DNA of 64,000 nt from contig OY760175.1 of assembly GCA_963663165.1 (NCBI GenBank), positions 1,120,001-1,184,000 on the forward strand, given 5' to 3'. The first letter of the stretch is position 1. Each line of letters starts with the position of its first letter. The notes under the pieces are model-generated. The model was given only the letters and a program-made list of their open reading frames with translations. It did no database searches and had not been told where the DNA came from. Source of the DNA: an uncultured Desulfospira sp. (lineage in GTDB: Bacteria; Desulfobacterota; Desulfobacteria; Desulfobacterales; Desulfobacteraceae). A program made the position numbers and the translations under genes. Positions 29,027 through 39,506 of the stretch are shown here, one piece after another.

Positions 29027-31635
29027 TATTTGTTACCTCCCTCAATCCATGCATCAAATCTCAACCCTGCTGCATGGTCATACTCCCGCTCAAAGGCTTC
29101 CGGAAAATCCTTACGCCACTGGTCCATTTCTTTTCCGGACAGCCGCTCGATCTGAACCAGATATCCCTGGACCACGTTACCAACACATCGTTTTGACGTA
29201 ATGGGGTTGGGGGTAATGGTGTTAATGGCCCCGCCCCTTTCAATTTCACCGGTTTTGATGGGATCATGGCGGGCACCGTGATCAATACCGATCACGCCGG
29301 GCCTGATCCGTTCCGTAACATAGGCCCCTGCCAGCACGATACCGCGCTCGTTGAATATTTTAACGATGTCACCGTTTTGAATGCCCCGCTTTTCAGCTTC
29401 AGAGGTATGCATCCAGACCGGTTCATACTTGTAGCCGTCGGGCCCAAGGACTTTACAGGTCGGTGCTTCACGGGTCCAGGTAATATCGTCGCACTGGGCG
29501 TGAACCCGCCAGCGGCCGTGGTTGGACATCACCAGCAGCGGGAACATCTTGGCCCGGTGGCTGGACAGGCGCTCGTCATGAAGCTCGCTTTTTTCAATCC
29601 ACTTGGGAATGGGCGGCCGTTCTTCGTCATCGGGGAAGGCCTTGGCCAGGCTTTCAGAGTAGAACTCCAGCTTTCCGGTGGGGGTGCCCAGGGGACTTTT
29701 TATGGGATCTTCGTAGAATTTTCTCAATCCTGGAGGATCATCTTCCCAGTCCGGGGCGGTATTGTATACCCAGTATTTCTTTTCAGACAGCAGTTCCCAG
29801 GAAACCAGGTCTTCGCCGCCCATATATTCCCAGACCTTTTTTTGCATTTCGGCAATGGTTTTACCGTCGGTAAGTTCCTGCTCCATACCGAACTGCTTGC
29901 CGATCTCCACCACGATTTCAAAATCGGATTTTGACTCACCGACTGGTTCAATGGCCTTATCGGCTATCATGATGTTGGGCTGCTGGGTGCCCTGGCGGAT
30001 GTTGGTTAAGATGTCGTCCACTTCCATGAAGGTGTTGGCCGGCAGCACAATGTCCGCATACAGGCAGTCGTTTTCAAACCAGGGATGCTGGGCCACAATG
30101 GTTTCCACATTGGGATTCTGCATGGCAAGCTCGGTTTCGTTGCCGTAGTTCCAGCAGGTAATCCGGCAGGGGGTGTCGGTCCAGATCATCCGGATATCAC
30201 ATCCGCCCTTTTCTTCTTCAATGGGGAAGGTATATTCATTAAATTGATCTTTTACCAACGCGTTCTGAGCGCCGGTTCCCCAGAATTTGATGGGGCCGTC
30301 CCGGTTGATGGCGTGCTGAATCAGGGTTTTGGGAATGACCTGTTCCTGCCATGCGGTAACAGAAGAAAATACCGGCAAAGACAGCCGTTCTTCAATTTCA
30401 GGGTTCCAGAAAAAGGTGCCGCCAAGGCCTTCCGCGCGGGGCATGCCAAAATAGGTCAGCTGATGCTGGTGAACCCCGGGGCCGCCCAGGCCCTGCATGC
30501 CTAACAGGATACATTCAAGCCGTGCCGGTTCATGGGCAAATGCGCCGCGGATCATGCCGCCGCCAAAATAATGGGCAATGGATGTGGTCTTGGCCGCAAA
30601 TTCCCGGGCAAAGGCTTTGATGGTCCACTCAGGAACGCCGCATTTCTTAGAGGCCCACTCCGGTGTTTTGGGGATACCGTCTTCTTCTCCGAGAACGTAG
30701 GCCTGGACTTTGTCAAACCCCACGGTATGGGTTTCAACATACTCTTTGTTATAAAGGTCTTCTTTGATCCAGATATAAATGATGGCCAGCTGGAGGGCGG
30801 CATCGGTGTTGGGCAGTACCGGAATCCACTTGTCGGCATGAACGGCGGCCCCGTAGTTTAAATCCGGACAGATATAAACCTGTTTGATGCCCGCATCAGA
30901 CCAGAAATAGCACAGGCGGCTGGCAAACTGTCCGGTAAATCCCCAGGGGGTGGTTTCCGGATCACATCCCCAGAACAGCACCATGTCGGCATGTTCGGTG
31001 GTGTCTTTAATAATGTTGGCCGCCGGAAACATGATGCCCTGGGCACCCTGGCCCCAGACGTGCTTGGCGCCCCAGTACCAGCCTTCCCAGGAGTCCGGGT
31101 TTCTGACCTGGAGGGTAAAACCGCCCAGGTTGTCCAGCAGAACACCGGCATGGCCGTGGGGGGTATTGATGGTCTTGCATTCGCCATGGCCGTCCCCCTG
31201 GAGCAGGACCGCATTGTGTCCGTAGGTTTTGTGAACCCGTTTGATTTCATCGGCTACCAGTTTGGCGGCCTCATCCCAGGAAATCCGGACAAACTTGCTT
31301 TTGCCCCGGTTCTGGGTATTGCGCTCTCCATTGGGATCCCAGTCCACCCGCTTCATGGGATATTTAATCCGGTTGGGAGAGTAAACCCTTTTTTTGTACC
31401 CCAGAGAAAAAGGGCCGGGCAGGGATTTCCAGGACGGTTCAATGGTCTTGCCGTTCCGTTCCATCTTCCACTGGCGCACATCCTTTTTGTCATACTTCCA
31501 GCCATACTGCATGGGACGGACACGAACAATTTTACCGTCCTTTACATCTACCATCCCTTCAGCTCCGCCACCGAAATAGCCTCCGAGTCCAAGGGACCTT
31601 AACACGGTCTTGTCTTTTGTTTTAATGGGCTTCAT
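29026..31635 (-). CDS. Mo-bisPGD oxidoreductase, transhydroxylase-related alpha subunit (copy 2, divergent)
   Basis: [52 protein letters not shown]; no Tat signal or N-terminal Fe-S motif. Confidence 0.88.
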   Translation of the reverse strand: MKPIKTKDKTVLRSLGLGGYFGGGAEGMVDVKDGKIVRVRPMQYGWKYDKKDVRQWKMERNGKTIEPSWKSLPGPFSLGYKKRVYSPNRIKYPMKRVDWDPNGERNTQNRGKSKFVRISWDEAAKLVADEIKRVHKTYGHNAVLLQGDGHGECKTINTPHGHAGVLLDNLGGFTLQVRNPDSWEGWYWGAKHVWGQGAQGIMFPAANIIKDTTEHADMVLFWGCDPETTPWGFTGQFASRLCYFWSDAGIKQVYICPDLNYGAAVHADKWIPVLPNTDAALQLAIIYIWIKEDLYNKEYVETHTVGFDKVQAYVLGEEDGIPKTPEWASKKCGVPEWTIKAFAREFAAKTTSIAHYFGGGMIRGAFAHEPARLECILLGMQGLGGPGVHQHQLTYFGMPRAEGLGGTFFWNPEIEERLSLPVFSSVTAWQEQVIPKTLIQHAINRDGPIKFWGTGAQNALVKDQFNEYTFPIEEEKGGCDIRMIWTDTPCRITCWNYGNETELAMQNPNVETIVAQHPWFENDCLYADIVLPANTFMEVDDILTNIRQGTQQPNIMIADKAIEPVGESKSDFEIVVEIGKQFGMEQELTDGKTIAEMQKKVWEYMGGEDLVSWELLSEKKYWVYNTAPDWEDDPPGLRKFYEDPIKSPLGTPTGKLEFYSESLAKAFPDDEERPPIPKWIEKSELHDERLSSHRAKMFPLLVMSNHGRWRVHAQCDDITWTREAPTCKVLGPDGYKYEPVWMHTSEAEKRGIQNGDIVKIFNERGIVLAGAYVTERIRPGVIGIDHGARHDPIKTGEIERGGAINTITPNPITSKRCVGNVVQGYLVQIERLSGKEMDQWRKDFPEAFEREYDHAAGLRFDAWIEGGNK

Positions 31636-32173
31636 TGAAAATTTGCCTCCTCATACCTTGATAATGTCCGGGTAAAAGTCCTCATTTTGCCCGCGAGGAA
31701 TCACTTCAGACGAACACAAATTGCGTTCATTGTTTTATGCAAAATTACATACAATTTTATCCTTGTCAACTCTTTTTAACAACCGGTTCGGATTTGCACC
31801 GTTCATTTTTTGGATATTTTTCAAGCCGAAAATTACCCCAACAAAATTAGTATAGCTTTATCTTCGCCTATATTTTTTCCTTGACTTCATCCCCTTTTGT
31901 TACTAATGAATAGAACGAAAATGCGTTAAACAGCAATCCAAAAGAGATTTCATGCAGGTTGATTTTCAAGCGACGGGCACCACTCCCCCCTGGATTGTAT
32001 GAAATATTGTATTCGATAATAAAAGTTTTTTTATAGCCGAGTTGAAAAAAGGAATTCGCAAATCCGCAGCATCAGGGTTGATTTTGCTTTTTAACCGGAG
32101 AGTCCATAAGTCTTTGAAAAAATAATAAAAGACTTGGGACAAGCTCTCCATAAAATAGCGGGAGGTTTACAAC

Positions 32174-33193
32174 ATGCAGGCGAGAAAAGTTATACCCTTT
32201 TTGGCAATGGCAGTCATGTTATCGGTAACCGCTGGGATGGTAACGGCCCAGGCAAAAACAACCAAACTCACCTATGCGAACTTCTTTCCACCCTTTCACC
32301 AGCAATCCGTGCTGGCTGAATCCTGGTGTAAAGAAGTTGAAAAGCGGACCAATGGCGAGGTAACCGTAGATTACTACCCGGGCTCCACCCTGGCCAAAGC
32401 CCCCCAGATCTACGAGGCCGTGGCCACCGGCGTTGCCGACATCGGCATGACCTGTCTGGCCTATACCCGGGGCCGCTTCCCGGTCAGCGGCGCCATTGAT
32501 CTTCCCATTGGCTATCCCGACGGAATGACGGCCACCAAAGTGGCCAATGCTGTCCTTGACAAATTTCACCCCAAGGAATTTGAGGACACCAAGGTCATGT
32601 ACCTTCATGCCCACGGCCCGGGATACATCAACACCGTTGACACTGTCGTGACCAAACTCGAAGACCTTAAAGGCAAAAAAATCCGCTCCACGGGCATGAG
32701 CACCATTCTGGTCACGGCATTGGGGGCCTCTCCTGTCGCCCAGAGTATGCGCGATGCCTACCAGAGCCTGCAAAAGAAAGTGGTTGACGGCTGCGCCCAT
32801 CCCATTGAGGCCAACAAGGGATGGAAGCTCGGGGAAGTGGTCAAGTACTGCGTGGCGGAAAAATCCGTTGCCTATACCACGGCCATGATCGTCACCATGA
32901 ACAAGGACAAATGGGCCGCACTGACCCCTGAACAGCAGAAGATCATCTCCGATATCAACCAGGAATGGATCCCCAAACACGGAAAAGCCTGGGATGATAT
33001 CGACGAAGAAGGCAAGGCCTTCTTGCTTGAAAAAGGCGGAAAAATTCTGACCCTTGACAAAGCCGAATCCGAAAGATGGCAGAAAACGGTCAGGCCCGAA
33101 CTTGATAAGTATGCAGAACAACTCAACGAAAAAGGCCTCAATGGAACTGAAGTTGTCAACTTCATCCTTGACACACTGGCGGCATCTCATTAG
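32174..33193 (+). CDS. dctP: TRAP transporter substrate-binding protein
   Basis: Signal peptide; LEDLKGKKIR, YQSLQKKVVDG, MNKDKWAALTPEQQ. Confidence 0.92.
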   Translation: MQARKVIPFLAMAVMLSVTAGMVTAQAKTTKLTYANFFPPFHQQSVLAESWCKEVEKRTNGEVTVDYYPGSTLAKAPQIYEAVATGVADIGMTCLAYTRGRFPVSGAIDLPIGYPDGMTATKVANAVLDKFHPKEFEDTKVMYLHAHGPGYINTVDTVVTKLEDLKGKKIRSTGMSTILVTALGASPVAQSMRDAYQSLQKKVVDGCAHPIEANKGWKLGEVVKYCVAEKSVAYTTAMIVTMNKDKWAALTPEQQKIISDINQEWIPKHGKAWDDIDEEGKAFLLEKGGKILTLDKAESERWQKTVRPELDKYAEQLNEKGLNGTEVVNFILDTLAASH

Positions 33194-33310
33194 GGAATGA
33201 CAACTATGCCTATGGCCGGCTCCGGCACCCCCTTAACCCGGCACTTCAACGCCGGGGCCGGCCCCCTTTCTTCTAAGCACTGACTCCCCGGAACATAAGG
33301 ATGTTTATCT

Positions 33311-33793
33311 ATGGAAAAAATCTGGACTTTATTAGATAAAATGCAGGACAAGATGAAGGCCCTTGCAGCGGTCTGTCTTATCGGCATGTGTTCGGTCACC
33401 TGTGCCGATATCTTCATGCGCAGCGTATTCAATATTCCCATCTTCGGTTCAGAGGAAATTGTTACCATATGCGCCGCCCTGGCCATTGCCCTGTCCCTGC
33501 CCTACTCCCATGTCAAAGATTCTCATATTGGTGTTGAAATACTGATACGCCTGCTGTCCAAATCCACCCAGGACCTGATCAAATTTGTAACCCGAGTCTG
33601 TTCCCTTTTGATCATGGGTGTTATCACCTGGCGGCTGTTCATTTATGCCCACGCATCCGGGGAAACCGGCGAACGCTCCATGAACCTGGAGCTGCCCATG
33701 CATTATCTGATATATGTGATGGGCTTTTGTTTCCTGATTTTCTTTTTGATGATCCTCAAAGACATTGTCCAGTTTTTTAAAGGAGGAAAATAA
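33311..33793 (+). CDS. dctQ: TRAP small permease
   Basis: 4 TM; PIFGSEEI, SHIGVEIL. Confidence 0.9.
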   Translation: MEKIWTLLDKMQDKMKALAAVCLIGMCSVTCADIFMRSVFNIPIFGSEEIVTICAALAIALSLPYSHVKDSHIGVEILIRLLSKSTQDLIKFVTRVCSLLIMGVITWRLFIYAHASGETGERSMNLELPMHYLIYVMGFCFLIFFLMILKDIVQFFKGGK

Positions 33794-33798
33794 GCCCT

Positions 33799-35112
33799 AT
33801 GAGTCCTACCACCATCGGTGTCATCGGTATTGTGATTATGCTTGCCATCTTTATGACCAAAATGCCTGTGGCCTATGTTATGACCATGGTCGGCTTTCTG
33901 GGATTCGGGATCCTGATTTCCTTTAAAGGGGCCCTGACCATGCTGCCCAGCAATTTTTATGATTCCTTTTCCTCCTATGAACTGACCACCATTCCCTTGT
34001 TTGTTCTCATGGGACAGCTGGCCTTTAACGGCGGCATCAGCCGCAAACTTTACAATACGGCCTACAGTTTCTTAGGCAATATCAAAGGCGGCCTTGCCAT
34101 GGCCACGGTGTCCACCTGTACGGCCTTTGGTGCGGTCTGCGGGTCAAGCCCGGCAACGGCGGCCACCATGGCGACCGTGGGCATGCCTGAAATGAAGCGC
34201 TTTGGGTACAGCAACTCCCTGTCCGCCGGCTCCGTGGCATCGGGCGGCGGCCTTGGCATGATCATGCCGCCGTCAGTGGTGCTGATCATTTACGGTATTT
34301 TAACCGAGCAGTCCATTGGCGCCCTTTTTGTTTCCGGCATTCTGCCGGCATTTTTAATGACCTTTTTGTTTATCACCTGTGTGTATGTTACCTGTAAAAT
34401 AGACCCGTCCCATGGGCCCAGGGGCGAAAAGTTCACCTTGAGCCAGAAGGTCAAAGCCCTGGCAGGCCTTGCCGACACCCTTATCGTATTCGGCGTGGTC
34501 ATGAGCGGTCTGTTTTACGGGTTTTTCACCCCCACGGAATCGGCAGCCGTCGGGGTCCTCGGGGTGCTGGTGGTCTCTTTGATCAGAAAGCAGCTGACCT
34601 GGCACGCCTTTGTGAAATCCTTATATGAGACCCTTGAGACATCGGCCATGATCATGTTCCTCATCGCAGGGGCCGTGATCTTCGGCAAATTCCTGGCCGT
34701 CACACGGATTCCCTTTGAGGTGGCCACCTGGGTGGCGGGCATGGACATGCCGGCCATCGGCATTATGGGGGTGATCATTTTGATCTACTTTGTGGGCGGA
34801 TGTTTCATGGACTCTTTGGGACTGATCATGCTCACCATCCCCATCTTTTATCCCATTGTGGTCAACCTAGGGTATGACCCCATCTGGTTTGGGGTCATTA
34901 TTGTGCTGATAACGGAAATGGGGGTGATCACCCCGCCGGTGGGCATCAACGTCTATGTGGTCTACGGGGTTTCCCGAAACATTGTTCCCGATATTTACCT
35001 TGAGGACATTTTTAAGGGCATCCTACCCTTTTTGCTGGCAACGGCCATCGGCATTGTTATTTTGATCATCTTTCCACAAATCATATTGTTTTTACCCAGG
35101 TTAATGTATTAA
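33799..35112 (+). CDS. dctM: TRAP large permease
   Basis: IPLFVLMG, MIMPPS, TPTESAA, ITPPVGINVY. Confidence 0.94.
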   Translation: MSPTTIGVIGIVIMLAIFMTKMPVAYVMTMVGFLGFGILISFKGALTMLPSNFYDSFSSYELTTIPLFVLMGQLAFNGGISRKLYNTAYSFLGNIKGGLAMATVSTCTAFGAVCGSSPATAATMATVGMPEMKRFGYSNSLSAGSVASGGGLGMIMPPSVVLIIYGILTEQSIGALFVSGILPAFLMTFLFITCVYVTCKIDPSHGPRGEKFTLSQKVKALAGLADTLIVFGVVMSGLFYGFFTPTESAAVGVLGVLVVSLIRKQLTWHAFVKSLYETLETSAMIMFLIAGAVIFGKFLAVTRIPFEVATWVAGMDMPAIGIMGVIILIYFVGGCFMDSLGLIMLTIPIFYPIVVNLGYDPIWFGVIIVLITEMGVITPPVGINVYVVYGVSRNIVPDIYLEDIFKGILPFLLATAIGIVILIIFPQIILFLPRLMY

Positions 35113-35210
35113 TATATCCTTTTTTTAAGTAAAAGATTAATACAAACCCTTTTGACCGGGCACCGGCAAACCGTCTTGCCAGTGCCTGGGCCGTTGCGGA
35201 GACAACCCCT

Positions 35211-36161
35211 ATGACTGTTTTTCTGACTATTCTTGAATCGGTTGGTGTACTTCTTGGCCTGGGCGCCCTTGGATTTTACATTATCAGCAAACGAATCATG
35301 CCTGGAAATATTCTGGGATTCATCTCTCCTCTGGCCCTGGACATTGCCCTGCCCTGCCTCATTTTTGTCAGCATCACGAAAAACTTTACCCTGGAGGCGT
35401 TTCCCAACTGGTGGGCCATTCCCTTATGGTGGATCTTTTTTACCGTCCTGGCCCTTGGCTTAAGCATTCTGGGCGCCAAATTTGTCTCTCAGGAAAGCAC
35501 CCGGGAAGAATTCGCCATCAGCCTGTTTTACCAGAACGGCATTTTCTTTCCCCTGGCCGTTATCGCAGGCCTGTTTGGGGACGGCAGCCCCTACCTGGTG
35601 ATGCTGTTCCTTTTTATATCCTTTCATCCGGCCCTGTTTTTCAGCACCTACCGATTCTTCTTCAGCAACCGGACCAATGAAGAAATCAACTGGAAGCGAA
35701 TCATTCACCCGGTCCTGATCATGACCGGGGTTGCCCTGCTGCTGAAACTGGTACACTTAAGCCAGTTTATCCCAGATTTTATCATTTCCTCGTTTTCCAT
35801 TATCGGGGCCATGGCCCTGCCCCTGGTCATGATCATTCTCGGGGGAAATATTTTTATGGATTTCAAGGAAAAAGGCGTGTTCCAGCACAAGGAAATCATT
35901 AAATTCGTCCTGGTAAAGAATTTCATATTTCCGTTGTTCTTTCTTGTGGTGCTGCTGATCCTCCGGCCAGGCTACCCCATTGCCCTGATCATGTTCCTGC
36001 AAAGCACGGTGCCCCCGATCACGGCCATCCCCATTGTTACCCAGCGCCAGGGAGGTAATTTTAAAATCACCAACCAGTATATTGTGGCCAGCTACGTCAG
36101 CCTGATGATCTCCATCCCGTTGATGTTTTCGTTGTTCAGCGTCTTCTTTCCGGCACCTTAA
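35211..36161 (+). CDS. AEC (auxin efflux carrier)-family transporter
   Basis: ~10 TM; IALPCLIF, QNGIFFPL, LPLVMIILG. Confidence 0.8.
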   Translation: MTVFLTILESVGVLLGLGALGFYIISKRIMPGNILGFISPLALDIALPCLIFVSITKNFTLEAFPNWWAIPLWWIFFTVLALGLSILGAKFVSQESTREEFAISLFYQNGIFFPLAVIAGLFGDGSPYLVMLFLFISFHPALFFSTYRFFFSNRTNEEINWKRIIHPVLIMTGVALLLKLVHLSQFIPDFIISSFSIIGAMALPLVMIILGGNIFMDFKEKGVFQHKEIIKFVLVKNFIFPLFFLVVLLILRPGYPIALIMFLQSTVPPITAIPIVTQRQGGNFKITNQYIVASYVSLMISIPLMFSLFSVFFPAP

Positions 36162-36380
36162 AAGAAGCGACAGTCCCTATTGTCGTGGTAAAAGCCATGC
36201 TTGAAACCGGGTTTGGCAAGGCAACGGCAAATATCTGGCCGTTTATCTGACCTGAAATCCGGGGCACTATTGTTGATGAGGCCCGGAAAAGAGGTCTGCC
36301 GCTGTGCGTCCATGCCGATAAAAGCAACGAACAGGGAATCGGACTTGATATGGGAGTTCACAGCTTTGCCCATAGCGGCT
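36161..36380 (+). pseudogene. Amidohydrolase-like gene fragment
   Basis: Hand translation VVVKAMLETGFG...FI*PEIRGTIVDEARKRGLPLCVHA...GLDMGVHSFAH; in-frame stop, no start. Confidence 0.5.
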
Positions 36381-36546
36381 TGGCCCGTTTAAGATCCATG
36401 GGCGCAAAAGGGTGTGTCCTTGTGGGACTGCCCACTTATTATCACCGGTTTGGCTTTGGAAACCATCCTGTTTAGACGGTACGCTGGCCGATGGCGCAGG
36501 TTTCAATGCGGATGGCGTATCTTAAAGAAAGAGGACGGCTTTAATT

Positions 36547-37038
36547 TTAAACGGCGTCTAAAAATTTGCGGGGCAGCTTTTCGGCGTTAAGGTAATCAAC
36601 CGCCTCATAAATGGTCTGCTTATGATCGGTTACCATTAATTTAGAGGTGCCATGGGCCAGTAGTTTGCCGCCCTGGTTGACCATCTGAGCTTCTGTGAGA
36701 AACAGGGTTTTTCCTGATTTAACTCTTTTCCCTGTGACTATGGCGGCTTCATCAATAACCGGTGCCAGCAGATCCACCTTCAGGTCAATGGTGATCAACC
36801 CCTGGGTTTCCTCAAGGTCGCAGTAAGCAGACCAGAATGCCGCCGTGTCAATGGCACAAGAGTATACGCCGCCATGAACGCCGCCAAAAGGATTCATATG
36901 CCGGTTGCCGATGGATACCACCCCTTGAGAAAATCCGTTATCGAGTTTGGTAACACGCATTGCCAGATGTTTGAAAAAAGGCGCTTTATTGATCATCTCA
37001 ATCACTGATGTTAAATGTTCCTGATTAATCGGCGGCAT
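36547..37038 (-). CDS. PaaI-family thioesterase
   Basis: HMNPFGGVHGGVYSCAIDTA. Confidence 0.92.
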   Translation of the reverse strand: MPPINQEHLTSVIEMINKAPFFKHLAMRVTKLDNGFSQGVVSIGNRHMNPFGGVHGGVYSCAIDTAAFWSAYCDLEETQGLITIDLKVDLLAPVIDEAAIVTGKRVKSGKTLFLTEAQMVNQGGKLLAHGTSKLMVTDHKQTIYEAVDYLNAEKLPRKFLDAV

Positions 37039-37089
37039 TTTATTCCTCCGTTTTGAGTGAAATCATCCAAGGTCCGAATATTTACCCTT

Positions 37090-37515
37090 TTAAAATTTAT
37101 GGATCATGGATCTGAGCACTTTTGAAAATGAGCTTATTTCCTCCCGGGTAAAGCCTTGGGCGATCTGGTCGTTAATGCGTTTGATAATTGCCCGGGCCTT
37201 TGCCAGCTCATTTTTCCCCGCTTGAGTGATCCGGATATTCCACCGTCTTCTGTCTTGGGGATCTGAAATCCGTTCAACCAATTTTTTGGCCTCAAGCCTG
37301 TCCACCAGGCCTGTTACAGTGGAATTCTTGATATCTAGAATTTTGCTCAGGTCATTCATGGATTTTCGCCCTTCTAAAAGCGAAAACATGATGCCTGTGT
37401 GGGCCGGTGTAATCTGAACGCCGCTGTCTTTATACGCTTGAACAAGATGGTTTTTCAGCCGGTGCTGTGCCGACAGGGTTAAAAAAATCAGCCGGTTGTC
37501 TTCTCCACTGGACAT
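37090..37515 (-). CDS. MarR-family regulator
   Basis: STVTGLVDRLEAKKLVERISDPQDRR. Confidence 0.93.
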   Translation of the reverse strand: MSSGEDNRLIFLTLSAQHRLKNHLVQAYKDSGVQITPAHTGIMFSLLEGRKSMNDLSKILDIKNSTVTGLVDRLEAKKLVERISDPQDRRRWNIRITQAGKNELAKARAIIKRINDQIAQGFTREEISSFSKVLRSMIHKF

Positions 37516-37552
37516 GGCCGTCTCTCCTTTGTGAATTTGTACTTTATATATA

Positions 37553-37574
37553 AATATTTAGCATGCTAAATATT
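37553..37574. promoter_or_regulatory. Perfect 22-bp palindrome, probable MarR operator over its own promoter
   Basis: AATATTTAGCATGCTAAATATT, adjoining a minus-strand TTGACA (37574-37579). Confidence 0.75.
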
Positions 37575-37664
37575 GTCAAGCTAAATTTTTTATCCCCGTC
37601 CCGGCCTGACCATCTTGTTTGGGATCAACCGTATATGGCCGGGGCAAAGACCGGCATCCGCCAT

Positions 37665-37696
37665 AAAAAATATCACCCGAACGGGTGATGTTTTTT
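37665..37696. terminator. Bidirectional terminator-like hairpin
   Basis: aaaaaatatcacccgaacgggtgatgtttttt. Confidence 0.65.
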
Positions 37697-37698
37697 AA

Positions 37699-38052
37699 AG
37701 ATGCAACAATCCTCTGGAGGTCTGCCTGCTGTTTAACGGGGTTGCTAAAGCTTTAATAAAAAAGAAAAAAGCGCGGTCAGTTGATCTTGAAGAAGCCTCA
37801 AAAATCATTAAAAAAGCCAATGAATGCGGTCTGGTGCATTTAAGTCTTTACATGCCGGACCATCAGATTTATGCATTGTGCAGTTGCTGTTCATGCTGCT
37901 GCCATGATTTACAAATTGTCAAAAAATACAACCGGGACGACCTGATGGCCGGGTCTGATTATATCGCTGTTACGGATAAAAATATGTGCATAAATTGTGG
38001 TGAATGCATTGACTTATGTGTGTTTGATGCCCGGTTCAGGCCATTGATATGA
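37699..38052 (+). pseudogene. Truncated 4Fe-4S binding protein fragment
   Basis: CNNPLEVCLLF...ANECGLVHL...LCSCCSCCCH...CINCGECIDLCVFDA; no N-terminus and only one ferredoxin motif. Confidence 0.6.
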
Positions 38053-38068
38053 AAGACAAGTGCGCCGG

Positions 38069-38944
38069 TTAAACAACTGGCAAGGCGCTGACAATGAATT
38101 CATCTAAAGGCACCCGGCTCTCCCATTGGGGCAGCCGGGCGTTTGGCCCTTCGATTTCCACCAGCGCCGGCACCCGGTCCGCAAGGCCGTTGATCCTGGC
38201 CCACAATGTTGTATCTCCCCAGAATTGCGGCGGGGTATCTGCTGCGGCGACTGAGGCAAAAATTTCATCCGGTGTCCGGCACCCCCCGTGGACCGCTTCA
38301 AGGGCCAGACGTTCAAGCCTCCCCAGGCCGGTTACAGGATCGGGCTGTTCGGCCAGCCATCGCGCTGCTGCGGCCGGCATAAAGGGCAACGGGGGGGATG
38401 CCGTTTGGGACAGCTCCGTTAACAAAGCGAAGTCCTGGAGGGCGAACGCCTCATCCGCCAACACCGCAAATTCAAATTGTTCACCGGAGACCGGGCGCCG
38501 GCTGTCATAAAGCGAAGCGAACTGCTCAGGCTGCAATTGCCCAAGCCCGTGAAATGGCTGTATCCCGGGAAAGGCATTCACACAAATAAGATCAACGTTC
38601 CGGATTTGCGTTAAGGATAAGCACGCCAGGATATGGGCCAGCATGGACTGGTCAAACAGACAGGCGTCAAACCAGAGGACCACCCGGTCATAAGATGCGG
38701 CTTTGGCAAGCTTCTGGTATTGATCATGAAATGTTTCCAGAATAAAGTTCATGACCAGGCCTCCTGCCGTGAAATTTTCCAGGAACAGGGCACGGGCCTT
38801 AAGAATATCCTCATTTGGCCAGCCCGGTTGCCTGGGGCCGTCATAGAGAATGTCATGCCAGACCAGCACCTCCCCTTCAAGGCCTGCCTTGGAAAGGCTT
38901 TTTCCGGCTATGTCCCCGCTGGTGATATGAAAAACCTTTGGCAT
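38069..38944 (-). CDS. DUF1835-like protein
   Basis: FHITSGDIAG, WHDILYDGP, VVLWFDACLFDQ. Confidence 0.75.
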   Translation of the reverse strand: MPKVFHITSGDIAGKSLSKAGLEGEVLVWHDILYDGPRQPGWPNEDILKARALFLENFTAGGLVMNFILETFHDQYQKLAKAASYDRVVLWFDACLFDQSMLAHILACLSLTQIRNVDLICVNAFPGIQPFHGLGQLQPEQFASLYDSRRPVSGEQFEFAVLADEAFALQDFALLTELSQTASPPLPFMPAAAARWLAEQPDPVTGLGRLERLALEAVHGGCRTPDEIFASVAAADTPPQFWGDTTLWARINGLADRVPALVEIEGPNARLPQWESRVPLDEFIVSALPVV

Positions 38945-39149
38945 TTTTTCCCCCTTATTTTCAATTTGCTATGATAGCTTGCAAAATAATGTCATTAAAC
39001 CAGACAAGGTCATGATACCGGTCTGCAAAGAAAAAATATACCCCCAATATTTTCCAAATAACCGGGAGCTTTCTAGGCACCATGATGGAAACTTTTGCAC
39101 CAAATCGCCGACAACATAAGATGACAAAATAATATGTTTTAACGAAAAG

Positions 39150-39269
39150 CCACCCATCTACTGTATTGCAGGAAAAATGGCAATCCTTACACCCCCTTGG
39201 TTGCTCCGGTTGCCACTTTGCCTGCGCCTTTCATCTTAATCAACTTTTTGCCCAAACACGGGGTTTCCG
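39150..39269 (+). repeat. Degenerate interspersed repeat, family 3
   Basis: acccatctactgtattgcaggaaaaatggcaatcc resembles acccatctgctgcgttgctgcgaaaatctgcaatcc at ~59137. Confidence 0.5.
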
Positions 39270-39504
39270 TTCAGGCACTATCTATTTAAATTTCATCCGG
39301 TTCATCGAGAAACTTCATACGATCTACGGCGGAGAACAATGCTGTCCTTTTCAATATATCATCACAACCACAACGGCCCCGCCTGAAGAATTAAAGGATA
39401 CGGACCGGGTAAAGCAGACCTTAAATGCAGGCCATGAAGATGGCCTGCTGCTGAAAAAAGATATTTTTCTGGCACCTGAACCCGTTAACCTTTTTGGGAG
39501 TTAA
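39270..39504 (+). pseudogene. C-terminal remnant of an SMC-like / ABC three-component ATPase
   Basis: IYLNFIRFIEKL...PFQYIITTTTAPPEEL...GLLLK, recalled as the C-terminal motif of such ATPases; 5' part replaced by a repeat. Confidence 0.45.
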
Positions 39505-39506
39505 AT

